Virus record (IMG/VR): IMGVR_UViG_3300020331_000002 | DNA length: 64,000 bases | Strand: one strand, 5' to 3' | DNA from: a virus | Taxonomy: Duplodnaviria; Caudoviricetes | Shown: positions 19,024-28,773 of the stretch, piece after piece | How positions within the stretch are numbered: the first letter of the stretch is position 1 | Layout of the letters: each line of letters starts with the position of its first letter | The notes under the pieces: model-generated | The model's input: only the letters and a program-made list of their open reading frames with translations | What the model was told of the DNA's origin: nothing | Database searches by the model: none | Program-made: the position numbers and the translations under genes

Positions 19024-20011
19024 GCCGGGCCCAAGTATCGGAGGCTACATTAACGTGCTCGGCTTCATTAAAAGTTACGGTAATGAATTCGGCATTGCTG
19101 ATTACATAAAATCCGTAGAAGATCAACAAAAGCCTGCTATGATAGCAATCAAAAAGGCTTGCGCCAAGTTTATCCCTGTTCTTAAAAACGAAAACCGTTT
19201 TTACACAGACTGGGCAGCTTACGTGATTGGTAAGAAACAACACATTCGGACTGTATCAACTGATAAAGCTCTTCAATCAGCGTTTCAGTACATGGATAGT
19301 TTTGATGGATGATAAACATGTAGAGCGATATACTCGTTTAGTCGAATGGTTTGCGAGTCGCTACCGTATTTGCCAGTATAACCGCAACAACCTTATAGCC
19401 TTTCAGATATGGTCGTTGTCGCACCTAGAGCACGAACAATGTCTTACTAATGCTGTGGCTGTATCACGCGAAGCTAGTGTTTTAGAGAAACAAGCTAAGA
19501 AGACTAAATGCGAAAGAGTATCTCCCTTTTGGGCAGAAAGACGTGTTCTTACCGCACTATTCAGGAGGTTTTTAGAAAAGTATGGCAACAAATAATATAG
19601 GCGAGGCCCAACGTATCCGACATGAAAAAGCCATCTTTGACACTGCGCGTGAGCTGCTAATCGGTTACACCCGAAGCGGTAAGATTGCTGTTCCGATGCA
19701 GGTCGAAGAGATTTACGATAGTGCGGTAGTGCTGCACAAAAAATTCCAAGATAAATTGGAAGAAAGTGAGGACTGGAGAGATGACTAAGAAAGCATTCCA
19801 ACCGGCTGCGCCAATAATGAGTGTTGATATGGCGCTAGGCGAAGCACCGGGCCTAAATAAATTAGAGATATTTACTCTTCACATTGCTAGTGGATTGACT
19901 TCTGCGAACCAGCAAGCAATCAATAACATGGCAGCTAGGCAAATAGTAGCCAGCGCGGTTAATTTATTAAATGCTGTAGAAGAAAAAGAAAAAGAACTAC
20001 GAGGCGAATAA
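18992..20011 (+). other. run of four small hypothetical CDSs (18992-19312, 19305-19595, 19582-19788, 19781-20011)
   Basis: Overlapping, tightly packed ORFs. Confidence 0.55.
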
Positions 20012-20012
20012 C

Positions 20013-20546
20013 ATGGGATTATTTTGGCTGTGGCCAAGACATTGGGGATTGCGCGGCCGCGACAGAAAAGAAGCACGTATTAGATACAATGCTAAGTCTG
20101 ACTACGATGCTGAACTGGAAATCATTAAATTGGATTTCCCGCAATTGTTTGATGAGAATCTCGAACAAGACGAGGACGAAGACTTCATCGCAGCTGAACA
20201 ACGTGCGTATGACGAAGCTGTTCTTGACGTGCAACTGAAGCACGGCAAGATACGCAAGAAGGAATACGACGAAAAAATGAAAGACATGTCGGGTGAAGGC
20301 TGGGTTAAAGTAGTCGGGGTAGAGTATAACCCTGATAAACCCGAGCAAGCAGGCATGGTGCTGGACTATAACGAGCAGTTTGTTATAGACTTACGGGCAG
20401 CCGGTTACGAAGGCCAAACAGATGACGATGTAGTGTCACAATGGCTGGACCATTTATTCCTTAGTTCTCTTGTAGAGGACGTTGATTTGGAAATCGCAAG
20501 CGACATAAAAACACAACTAGAAGCCGCTAGACGGGGGAAACGATGA
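20013..20546 (+). CDS. hypothetical protein
   Basis: ORF track; coupled to rnh. Confidence 0.65.
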   Translation: MGLFWLWPRHWGLRGRDRKEARIRYNAKSDYDAELEIIKLDFPQLFDENLEQDEDEDFIAAEQRAYDEAVLDVQLKHGKIRKKEYDEKMKDMSGEGWVKVVGVEYNPDKPEQAGMVLDYNEQFVIDLRAAGYEGQTDDDVVSQWLDHLFLSSLVEDVDLEIASDIKTQLEAARRGKR

Positions 20547-21547
20547 GCAAAAAGAGACTTTACATACTCGTAGACACTATGAACATGGCGTTCAGGGCAC
20601 GACACGGTGGTAGCAAAGCTGCCGACATTGATCAACAAATCGGTATGAGCATGCATATTATGCTGACTTCTATCGCGTCCTGTGTGCACCGCTTCGGGCA
20701 AGACACAGAAGCAAGGGTAGTGTTCAACTTCGAGGGGAAGTCCTGGCGTAAGAAGGTTAGTGCGCAATACAAAGCAAACCGTGACTTAAAGAAACTAGAA
20801 CGTACACCGCGTGAAGTGGAAGAAGACGAATTGTTTATCGAAGCAGTAGAAAGCTTCAAGGAGTTTGTCACCGAAAAGACTAACGCGATTTGTCTTCAAC
20901 ACGACGAGCTAGAAGCCGATGACTTTATTGCATTCTGGATTCAGCACCACCCGGATGATGATCACATCATAGTAAGTACCGATTCTGACTATAAACAGCT
21001 TATTGCCGAGAATGTTGATTTGTTCGACGGTGTTCGTGACTATTTGTACACAATAGACGGCGTGTTTGACAACAAGGGCCGACCGGTAGAAAAGAAAGGT
21101 GTGCCACTTACTGTTGAACCCGAATACGAATTGTTTATGAAGTGCATACGCGGCGACAAGTCAGACAATATCTTTTCTGCATACCCGGGCGTCAGAGAAA
21201 AAGGCACCAAGAACAAAGTGGGTATCCGTGAGGCTTTTGAAGACCGTCACGACAAGGGTTACAACTATAACAACTTCATGTTACAACGTTGGACAAATCA
21301 CGAGGGCGAGGAAGTAAGAGTAAAAGACGCTTACGCCATGAACCGTCTTTTAATTGACCTAACTGCGCAGCCTGAAGAGTACAAAGTCAAAGGCGCGATT
21401 ACCATTGAAAATGCCAAGAATGCCGAGCCAATCCCGGCTGCATCAATTGGTTTTAACTTCATGAAGTTCTGTCAAATGTGGGCACTAAACCGCATTGGTG
21501 AGAAAACAGACTTCTTTGCTGGATTGCTGAGCAAAGGCTACCAGTAA
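20543..21547 (+). CDS. rnh: 5'-3' exonuclease / T4 RNase H-like
   Basis: ILVDTMN, YKANR, LEADD, STDSDYKQL, GDKSDNI. Confidence 0.93.
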   Translation: MSKKRLYILVDTMNMAFRARHGGSKAADIDQQIGMSMHIMLTSIASCVHRFGQDTEARVVFNFEGKSWRKKVSAQYKANRDLKKLERTPREVEEDELFIEAVESFKEFVTEKTNAICLQHDELEADDFIAFWIQHHPDDDHIIVSTDSDYKQLIAENVDLFDGVRDYLYTIDGVFDNKGRPVEKKGVPLTVEPEYELFMKCIRGDKSDNIFSAYPGVREKGTKNKVGIREAFEDRHDKGYNYNNFMLQRWTNHEGEEVRVKDAYAMNRLLIDLTAQPEEYKVKGAITIENAKNAEPIPAASIGFNFMKFCQMWALNRIGEKTDFFAGLLSKGYQ

Positions 21548-21595
21548 ACTTTTCCATTAAATACATACCTATAATAAAAACAATAAAGGTACACA

Positions 21596-22108
21596 ATGAC
21601 AAGCAAGTTTTATCAAGTTGAAGAAAATGCGTTAATGGTTGTTGACGGTGAAGAAACCCGTCTTATTGTCGAAAACCCAGGCATCGGTCTCGTGTTTATG
21701 GGCAATGACTCTGTTGAGATGTACAACGACCGAACATCCTTTACAAAGGCAACTGGTGTGGAACTAAACAACGTTCGCACTAAAACGCTTCCTGAAAAGT
21801 CTCAGCTGTATATTCGCGGCGTTAAAATGCCTGCTACTGGCGAATTTTATCTACCAACGCCTGAATATGCAAATAAATATAACTTGCCGTTATTTAGGAA
21901 AAACGAAGTTACCGACATCCACTTTGTTGCGGGTATCTACTTGCTTAAAGAAGGTGAGGGCAAAGTAACGCCTAAAGATACCCCGAAATTAGACACGCTA
22001 CTTGACGCGGCTGAAGGATACGAAGGCCCGTTTAAAGATATGCGCAAAGCTCGTGATAGAGCGATGGTTCTACGAAAAGAATACAAAAAAAGGACTAGAA
22101 ACACATGA
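21596..22108 (+). CDS. hypothetical protein (late promoter TAAATA at 21558)
   Basis: ORF track. Confidence 0.65.
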   Translation: MTSKFYQVEENALMVVDGEETRLIVENPGIGLVFMGNDSVEMYNDRTSFTKATGVELNNVRTKTLPEKSQLYIRGVKMPATGEFYLPTPEYANKYNLPLFRKNEVTDIHFVAGIYLLKEGEGKVTPKDTPKLDTLLDAAEGYEGPFKDMRKARDRAMVLRKEYKKRTRNT

Positions 22109-22329
22109 ATAAGATTGTAGTATATACCAAAGACAACTGTAAATTCTGCACCAGAGCCAAAGAGCTACTGGAGTCACGTGGATTAGAATATGATGAAATC
22201 AGTTTTAATGATCCAGACGTGTTAGCAGAGTTCAAAGAAAAGTATCCAATGGCGCGTACTGCACCTCAGATCCTTATCGACGGTGAGCGCATCGGCGGAC
22301 ACACTGAACTGGTTCAGCTATTGGGCTAA
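22105..22329 (+). CDS. grx: glutaredoxin
   Basis: CKFC, TAPQI, IGGH. Confidence 0.95.
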   Translation: MNKIVVYTKDNCKFCTRAKELLESRGLEYDEISFNDPDVLAEFKEKYPMARTAPQILIDGERIGGHTELVQLLG

Positions 22330-22332
22330 TTA

Positions 22333-24006
22333 ATGACAATACGTGATGCTATAACAACGCATACGAGCAAGCCGGGCGATGCGTGGGCGAGATCTAATAT
22401 CTTACCTACGAAGCCTGGCTTCGTTCTTTTTATGCACGACTCAAAACCAGACCTCGAACACCTTGACTTCAGACATGCCAATGTAACACTGAAGGCAGGT
22501 CACCACCTTAAACCAGACAAACATGGCCACCGAGCTTTATCCGCCGCCTGCGGACAGTACGGCACAGCTTGTGATATAGACGTTGACTTCTACGCATTTG
22601 ACCGTAACAGTATTACTGAACTGATCGCGTCGTTTGAGATGTTAGTTCGTGATGCGGTGAGCGACCCAAGACGAGTTGCGGTTTCTGTTAACTGGCAAAT
22701 CACCGACGCAGTGTACGCAGAAAATGCAGATCGTTTAGACTACTGTTTTCGCACGCTTGCTGACGCCAATGTACCTGTATTTGTCGCAGCCGGTAACATG
22801 GGGACTGACCTTGTCATATACCCGTGTAACCACAAATCAGTAATAATCACAGGCTCTCATGACAAAGACGGTATGATAAGCCTGTTTAATAACACGCCTG
22901 AATTAATACGAGTGTTTGCGCTAGGCAAGGATGTTCGTGTCGCGTCCTTAGACAGCCGTACAGGGTACACAACTGATAGTGGTACTAGCTTTAGTAATTC
23001 AGCAGTGGCTGCGGCTATGGCTTACTACGATACCGTAGACGAGTTGTTGGCTGCATCGATACAAAATACGTTGAACTGGAAACGAGCTAGCCTTAACAAA
23101 CTAACATCCAGAGCATTGTTTTGTGGTGATCTTGATAGAACACGATCAGTCAATAACGTAACACATGGCAACACTGAACTCAAATACGAGGACGGCCTGC
23201 AGATTATCGTACACGACTTCAACACACGTAACTATTCAAGTGATAAGACGCATGTTGAATACTGTGTTGAACACATAAACGAAAAGCTTGCTGGCGAAAA
23301 CGTTTGGATACCTATGTCTGGCGGCCTTGATAGTGAGTATGTGATGCACTGTGCTCTGCAATCAGAAGCAAGAGTGCGCCCTGTAATTATGCGGTACATG
23401 TCTGATTTCGGTAAGCCGCTTAATGAATACGACTACAAGAACGCCATAGCCTACTGTGAAGCAAACAACTTAGAACCACGATTTATTGATGCAAAGATAC
23501 GTGAATTGTTTGATAACGGTGAGTACTGGTATTTTGTTAAGAAGTTTATTACCCGTAGCCCGCAACTCGCAGCGCACCTGTGGATGATCAATCAACTAGA
23601 TGCCAACTGTATATTACCGGGCGACCCACTAACGTTACACGGTTCTGGCAACATAGGCATACAACCGTATGACTATTACTGCTATGACAGGATGTTTCAT
23701 AGTAAGCATATGACGAGCAGTATAGCTAGGCTACACACTGCATCGGGCAACATAGTTAAAAAGAGTTTAGAAATTACGGCAAGCTTGGATCCTGCAATGG
23801 CGCCTGCAGAAAGAAAGCATGCGTTCTATTCTCGTTGTGGTATGCCTGATACCGCGCCACGGATTAAGTACACTGGCTTCGAAAAAGTGCGTGAGGAGTA
23901 CGACAAAAAGTACAGCGCAATAGATTATTTTAATCGCAAGTTTAGGATGCCAGCAAAGCACCTTCACACCTACGGGAGTAAGTTTTTCTATGACGGACTT
24001 GACTAA
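22333..24006 (+). CDS. S8 subtilase domain fused to PP-loop (adenine nucleotide alpha hydrolase) domain
   Basis: MHDS (Asp), DKHGH (His), VAAGN (oxyanion), SGTSFS (Ser); then PMSGGLDSE. Confidence 0.8.
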   Translation: MTIRDAITTHTSKPGDAWARSNILPTKPGFVLFMHDSKPDLEHLDFRHANVTLKAGHHLKPDKHGHRALSAACGQYGTACDIDVDFYAFDRNSITELIASFEMLVRDAVSDPRRVAVSVNWQITDAVYAENADRLDYCFRTLADANVPVFVAAGNMGTDLVIYPCNHKSVIITGSHDKDGMISLFNNTPELIRVFALGKDVRVASLDSRTGYTTDSGTSFSNSAVAAAMAYYDTVDELLAASIQNTLNWKRASLNKLTSRALFCGDLDRTRSVNNVTHGNTELKYEDGLQIIVHDFNTRNYSSDKTHVEYCVEHINEKLAGENVWIPMSGGLDSEYVMHCALQSEARVRPVIMRYMSDFGKPLNEYDYKNAIAYCEANNLEPRFIDAKIRELFDNGEYWYFVKKFITRSPQLAAHLWMINQLDANCILPGDPLTLHGSGNIGIQPYDYYCYDRMFHSKHMTSSIARLHTASGNIVKKSLEITASLDPAMAPAERKHAFYSRCGMPDTAPRIKYTGFEKVREEYDKKYSAIDYFNRKFRMPAKHLHTYGSKFFYDGLD

Positions 24007-24397
24007 AGAAAAGGTATACGAGTTACTAAGCGGAGAAAACGATTTCAGTATTTTTGCCAGTCAGGATTCTTGGTTATTAACACCCGCAGCGTTTCGTGCG
24101 TTGCGGGAGAAGATAACAGCATATAAGCTGGAGTCAGATCCTAGTATGATGCTGATTAATCGTGATGTGATACGCTTATCGCGCACAATGCGCGAGCCGT
24201 ATTATATCCAGTACCCTAATGACAAGCGTAGAACAGTGTCATATGGCAGACGCAACGGCAAATTAGCTAGGATATATTCTGGTGTTGATGATAATGAAAA
24301 GCAAAGCGCCGTGGTGTGGGTGTTCAACTTTAATATGGCAGCAACGGCAAAAGTAATGGGCGATTTCCGCCCATTACTTGATCAATTAGACTATTGA
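23990..24397 (+). CDS. hypothetical protein
   Basis: ORF track; overlaps the fusion gene's stop. Confidence 0.55.
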   Translation: MTDLTKEKVYELLSGENDFSIFASQDSWLLTPAAFRALREKITAYKLESDPSMMLINRDVIRLSRTMREPYYIQYPNDKRRTVSYGRRNGKLARIYSGVDDNEKQSAVVWVFNFNMAATAKVMGDFRPLLDQLDY

Positions 24398-25444
24398 TAA
24401 TATTAGTGTTTCTCTTGTAAGCTTGCCGTTCATTCTAGCGTCAAGCTTATCTACTCCCTTGTAGTACTTCTTTAATTCCTTAGCATCAGTGACCCCAGAC
24501 ATCTTTTTCTTATAGTCTTTTAAGTCAACACGCTTACTTCTTGAATCAGTACTAAAGCTGATTAGACTAGAGCCTTTTACGCTTAAGCCATTCGCATCTT
24601 CAGCATAGTACACGCCTAGTTTATTGAGACGAGTATCAAATACCCATACTTCCTTGGAACCGATAAGTGTTTTTAGGTCTGCGCTTTTAACGCCGATCTC
24701 ACTCCATCCAGGCCTAACTTTAAGTGATTTTATTAGCTGAGCAGGATCCTTGGGCGTTACTTGTTTGCTGTACAAGTATCTAACGTCAGTTAACAACTTG
24801 TCGTAAACCTTAGCCAAGCGTTTGGCGTTCATGCGAGTAAAGTTATCACCTATAAGTTCATAGTCGCTATCGGCTTCTATGGCGTTATTAACATTAGCAA
24901 GTTCTTCGCCGTAAACTGCGATTAGCATCTCTAGGGCTTTTGCTTTAGGATCATGTGGTGCAAGAATAGTAACAAAGTCGTACTTGGGGTCAAGTAAAGT
25001 CGTATCAATGATCATACCATCAATGATATTGTCAATCTCGCCCGAAATTTGTTCTACTTGCTTTTGAGCAATTTGCTCAGCTGAAGGCTTTTTTACTTTT
25101 GGTTTGCTGTCCTCCTCGACAGCGACTATGGACTGTGACTTTTCGATAACTTGATCAACGTATTTCCACAGGGAGCCGTATTTGTCGGGAAGTTCTGCGC
25201 CGCTATTAAGTGCGTAAAGGTATTTGCCTATTACTGCGAATTCGTAATCGGGCAGCTGGTCCAAGTCTTTGGTTACAGACGTGCCTTTATTCTCTCTGGC
25301 CCAGCGAAGGGTTTCGGTTTTGAGTTTCTTTTCCAGCACTTCGGACTGAGCCCAGTGTAGCCAATGTCGCCATTGTTTAAGGCATTCAGGGCTATTAAGC
25401 TCAGTCTTGGTGAAGCGCGGTTTAGTTTGTAATACTTTTGCCAT
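24386..25444 (-). CDS. conserved T4-like-phage hypothetical protein, late
   Basis: EVWVFDTRLNKLGVYYA…LSVKGS motif; GTAAATA upstream. Confidence 0.65.
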   Translation of the reverse strand: MAKVLQTKPRFTKTELNSPECLKQWRHWLHWAQSEVLEKKLKTETLRWARENKGTSVTKDLDQLPDYEFAVIGKYLYALNSGAELPDKYGSLWKYVDQVIEKSQSIVAVEEDSKPKVKKPSAEQIAQKQVEQISGEIDNIIDGMIIDTTLLDPKYDFVTILAPHDPKAKALEMLIAVYGEELANVNNAIEADSDYELIGDNFTRMNAKRLAKVYDKLLTDVRYLYSKQVTPKDPAQLIKSLKVRPGWSEIGVKSADLKTLIGSKEVWVFDTRLNKLGVYYAEDANGLSVKGSSLISFSTDSRSKRVDLKDYKKKMSGVTDAKELKKYYKGVDKLDARMNGKLTRETLILSIV

Positions 25445-25585
25445 AATTTCCGTCTGTGTGTTTTAATTATAGTTATTTACGATGTGCTATGATGCTCGTT
25501 CTCTAATCATAGTCACATAAGCAAACAATAATCTCCAGTCATTGCCTGACTCGCTGTGCTAGCAGACATGTACTATCGCAGATAC

Positions 25586-25612
25586 TGAAGAGTCGCTTTA
25601 AGCGACTCTTCA
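25586..25612. terminator. 12-bp perfect hairpin
   Basis: TGAAGAGTCGCT-tta-AGCGACTCTTCA. Confidence 0.7.
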
Positions 25613-25652
25613 AACATCAGAATAGAACCATACCTCTTTATATATTTCAAGG

Positions 25653-26321
25653 CTAGGTGCCTGTCCCGGTGTTTATTCTCCATATGTAAAGTGAATAATT
25701 CCATATCGAGGCCTTAGAACCGGATAAACCGGCTTTCAGTTGTACATCGATTGTATGCGTGCCTTCAGCCAATGTTAGGATAGAAAAGTCATTGTAGCCG
25801 CGTTTGATTGGAGTTCCGGTAGACATGTAGTCGCCTGTAACAAGGTCGTCATTGGTGTCGGCGATTTCGTTTAAGTCTGTGGATGAATCTAACCGTACTT
25901 TCCAGCCGGCTACATTTTGCGAATCGCTACAATTGTAATTAAACCTATAGCCCACAAAGTAAGTACCGCCACCAACAGGCACACTAAATGTGTTTGACGG
26001 TCCTGTTGTCCACGCATCAGAGGTCACGGTAGTCAGTGTCGGTGCACTGAAATAATTAAAGCCTGTAAGCTCTTGAAACTCGAGTGAGGCGATGGCGGTA
26101 TTGACATATTCTTGTGTGGCGCTCGAGGCACTAGCAAGGTCTAACCAATCGGTGTTAAGCTCGTTCCTGAATTTTATTGCGCGTGTGGTTGAGTTAATCC
26201 AGACACTTCCAGCGATGACACTAGTAGGTTCTACAGGAGTGTGGTAAATTTTCGGGCTTTTAGATCCAATTTGTATTTCGGATTTAACAGTCCCAGTAAA
26301 AGCAAGGAATTTATCACTCAT
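25653..26321 (-). CDS. probable virion structural/fibre-associated protein
   Basis: GSVWINS, ATQEYVNTAI fibre-like motifs, beta-rich C-terminus; ATAAATA late promoter. Confidence 0.6.
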   Translation of the reverse strand: MSDKFLAFTGTVKSEIQIGSKSPKIYHTPVEPTSVIAGSVWINSTTRAIKFRNELNTDWLDLASASSATQEYVNTAIASLEFQELTGFNYFSAPTLTTVTSDAWTTGPSNTFSVPVGGGTYFVGYRFNYNCSDSQNVAGWKVRLDSSTDLNEIADTNDDLVTGDYMSTGTPIKRGYNDFSILTLAEGTHTIDVQLKAGLSGSKASIWNYSLYIWRINTGTGT

Positions 26322-26613
26322 ATCACATTTATTCTTTTTGTTCTTATATTTATCGTGTCCTAAACCTTGAATAGTAAGTATTATACTGGAGTATAATCAA
26401 CTAGGCAAAGGCCGAACAGGAATAGTGTTTTTCGAGAGTTTGTCTTTGAGATTTGTCTTTTTATGTTGTATGCACTTACCACAAGCCGTACCAACCAAAT
26501 CCTTTTTGCTAGGCGGGTCGCTTTCCTTAACTGCATGACAAATACAAAGGTATGCCATTTTATTCCTCTCTTATTGTTATTTAATACCAGCTCAGATGTA
26601 GCTGTGTCAGAAA

Positions 26614-27414
26614 TTAATCACTTAAGTACAGTTCGTTTTCTAGCTCTGCTCTGTATTCTGGATCTCTAATCGCCCGTGCGTATCTGTCTGGATCATACGA
26701 ACTGACTTTACCTGCCAAATAGTACTGATGGGCTTTTATGTTTGATAACTTGCGAGTAACCTGTCCTTCACTCATTATACCGGTATGGTGATAATGTGAT
26801 TTTTCCATATACCTTAGTACATGGTCAAGTATCATCGGTGTGTACAGTATGCGGTTTCGGGTTGCTGTGTGGATCAAATGTCCGAAACTAACTTCTCGTT
26901 TATGTGCATTTCCGAGTGGTCTTGAAACAGTCACATAGCGCTTTATATAAAAACTCTTGTGTAGACGATCGGTGTTGTTTTTTACTATGGTTTCATATGC
27001 ACATTGCATGAGGTTCGCAAAAAACTTGGCGCGATCGCCGGCCACGCCGTAATACGGGCCGTCAAGTCTTATCACCTTTTTCGACATGAACTGGAAAAAC
27101 TCATGCTCTTCTAGTAATAAGTACTCACCGACGTGACAGTAATATGGTATTCCTATTCCCATCTTCGCTATAGAAGCGAGAGCATTAGCTGTCTTTACCA
27201 TTTCTTTAGGACTAGGAATATAACCGTCACATACGGCGCTAAGGTCTAGGTCCGGTGTACACAATGAAGTGCCTAGCCGCATTGCTTGCCAATGTTGGTG
27301 ATTGCTACCCGACGAATAGTAGTCGAAACCAGTCAGTGATCCAGGCCTACATAACCGAGCTTTCGCTAGGTCTATGTCGATACCGACTTTCTCGAAAAGT
27401 TCACGATATGTCAT
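26614..27414 (-). CDS. hypothetical protein
   Basis: ORF track. Confidence 0.6.
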   Translation of the reverse strand: MTYRELFEKVGIDIDLAKARLCRPGSLTGFDYYSSGSNHQHWQAMRLGTSLCTPDLDLSAVCDGYIPSPKEMVKTANALASIAKMGIGIPYYCHVGEYLLLEEHEFFQFMSKKVIRLDGPYYGVAGDRAKFFANLMQCAYETIVKNNTDRLHKSFYIKRYVTVSRPLGNAHKREVSFGHLIHTATRNRILYTPMILDHVLRYMEKSHYHHTGIMSEGQVTRKLSNIKAHQYYLAGKVSSYDPDRYARAIRDPEYRAELENELYLSD

Positions 27415-27452
27415 GCATTACACTCTGTTATGAATAGCTTGGCTAAAAACAC

Positions 27453-27611
27453 TTAGCAAAATGCCTTTAGCCAAGAATCTTCACGACCCTTGTGTTTGCG
27501 CTTTCTGTTATACTTGGTAGCGTCTTCTTCAACACGCTTCCTAAACATCGGAGTTCTTACCACTTGTTTAATGGCGCTTGGTTGGCTATGTTTAACTTTC
27601 TTCTTGCCCAT
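27453..27611 (-). CDS. arfA: ArfA-like alternative ribosome rescue factor, 52 aa (not in ORF track)
   Basis: MGKKKVKHSQPSAIKQVVRTPMFRKRVEEDATKYNRKRKHKGREDSWLKAFC aligns by eye to the ArfA AI…PLFRQRVE…Y.RK.KH pattern; GGAGG RBS; stop codon lies in a 15-bp hairpin. Confidence 0.7.
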   Translation of the reverse strand: MGKKKVKHSQPSAIKQVVRTPMFRKRVEEDATKYNRKRKHKGREDSWLKAFC

Positions 27612-27653
27612 AATTTCCTCCTGGCGTTAGAAGAGGGCATTGTATTAATGCCC

Positions 27654-27929
27654 TTACATTAGAACTGGTATGATCATCAAAGTCAACATCAAAGCGTAGA
27701 AAATTATCCGTAGGTAGATATTAGTCTTGTGCTTGAATGCCTCGAACCTTTCCAGATACTCGGCCACTTTGCGTGCTGACGGCAGTGCTAGTAACACCGC
27801 AATAATACCCACAAAAGCTTCTAGATACACCGTTAGCACTACGGCAGCGATACAGAGTACCACAACAATAATGCCGTGGCCTATACAGTCTACGGTTTCT
27901 TCGTCTAAGTCGCTGAATAAATGATTCAT
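27654..27929 (-). CDS. small membrane protein
   Basis: Multiple hydrophobic segments. Confidence 0.6.
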   Translation of the reverse strand: MNHLFSDLDEETVDCIGHGIIVVVLCIAAVVLTVYLEAFVGIIAVLLALPSARKVAEYLERFEAFKHKTNIYLRIIFYALMLTLMIIPVLM

Positions 27930-28058
27930 AATTAGCCCAGTTCTTCTACTAGGTTGCTGTAATGCATAATTGTTTTTGCATGAAGCAACGCGTTTTCAAT
28001 ACTAAATGAGTAGCATTCCAAAAAGGCCACTGCATATATGTATATATCCATAACAAGA

Positions 28059-28388
28059 TCACTCCATCGGCGGCACGGTTATTTTTCCTTGAAACGCAAG
28101 TAGAGCAATGGTTTCTGGCTCTATCTTAACAAACGTTTCACGGGTTTTATTAGACGCCCGGTTAGAGTGGCTAGGGGTACCAACTCGCACAGATGATCCT
28201 ATCCACATAGAAGCGCCGGAGGCAGTAGGCTTTTTGATGCGGCCCAGCTTTAAACCCGACGACTTGTAAACACTCACAGCAACTATGTCGCCTGCACGTA
28301 TTTCATTTCCGAGACAGTCAGTCCCTACTTCATCTGATGTATCTGACATAAGTTCCTCAACTTTTTGGCGATATGATTTTTGCGTCAT
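28059..28388 (-). CDS. hypothetical protein
   Basis: ORF track. Confidence 0.6.
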   Translation of the reverse strand: MTQKSYRQKVEELMSDTSDEVGTDCLGNEIRAGDIVAVSVYKSSGLKLGRIKKPTASGASMWIGSSVRVGTPSHSNRASNKTRETFVKIEPETIALLAFQGKITVPPME

Positions 28389-28720
28389 TACTCTTCTTTA
28401 AGATTCAGGAGGACAGGAGTGTCAAACCCGCCTCGTATTTCTCTCTTGTACTTACGCTTATCTTCAATGCCGGTCTCAGAAACCTTACCAATTTTGATAA
28501 TTGCTGCCAAAACTTCAAACACGTCGGCTAGCTCTTCTTCAAGCGCGTCAGTATCACCGCGATAAATTTCAGCCAGAACTTCTTCGACTTCTTCGTGCGC
28601 TTTGTCACATAGTAAGGCAAGGTGATCTTGAGTGGTAAGCTTGTCTACTGGAAGTAGAGGTAGTGGGTCAGATGCAATATCGGGGATTTTATCCCTGATC
28701 AATTTATGCGGGTATTTCAT
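28388..28720 (-). CDS. MazG-like / PRA-PH family nucleoside triphosphate pyrophosphohydrolase
   Basis: KLIRDKIP, EEVEE, EELADVFEV, KREIRGGF. Confidence 0.85.
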   Translation of the reverse strand: MKYPHKLIRDKIPDIASDPLPLLPVDKLTTQDHLALLCDKAHEEVEEVLAEIYRGDTDALEEELADVFEVLAAIIKIGKVSETGIEDKRKYKREIRGGFDTPVLLNLKEE

Positions 28721-28773
28721 CAGATATTCCTCTTGTTATTATCTCCTTATTATAAGGCAAGAGGCTGTCAAAA

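Noticed and set aside
22333-24006. Calling the PP-loop domain QueC
   Set aside because: SGGLDS is shared by the whole superfamily. The QueC C-terminal Cys zinc site is absent, and the domain is fused to a protease.
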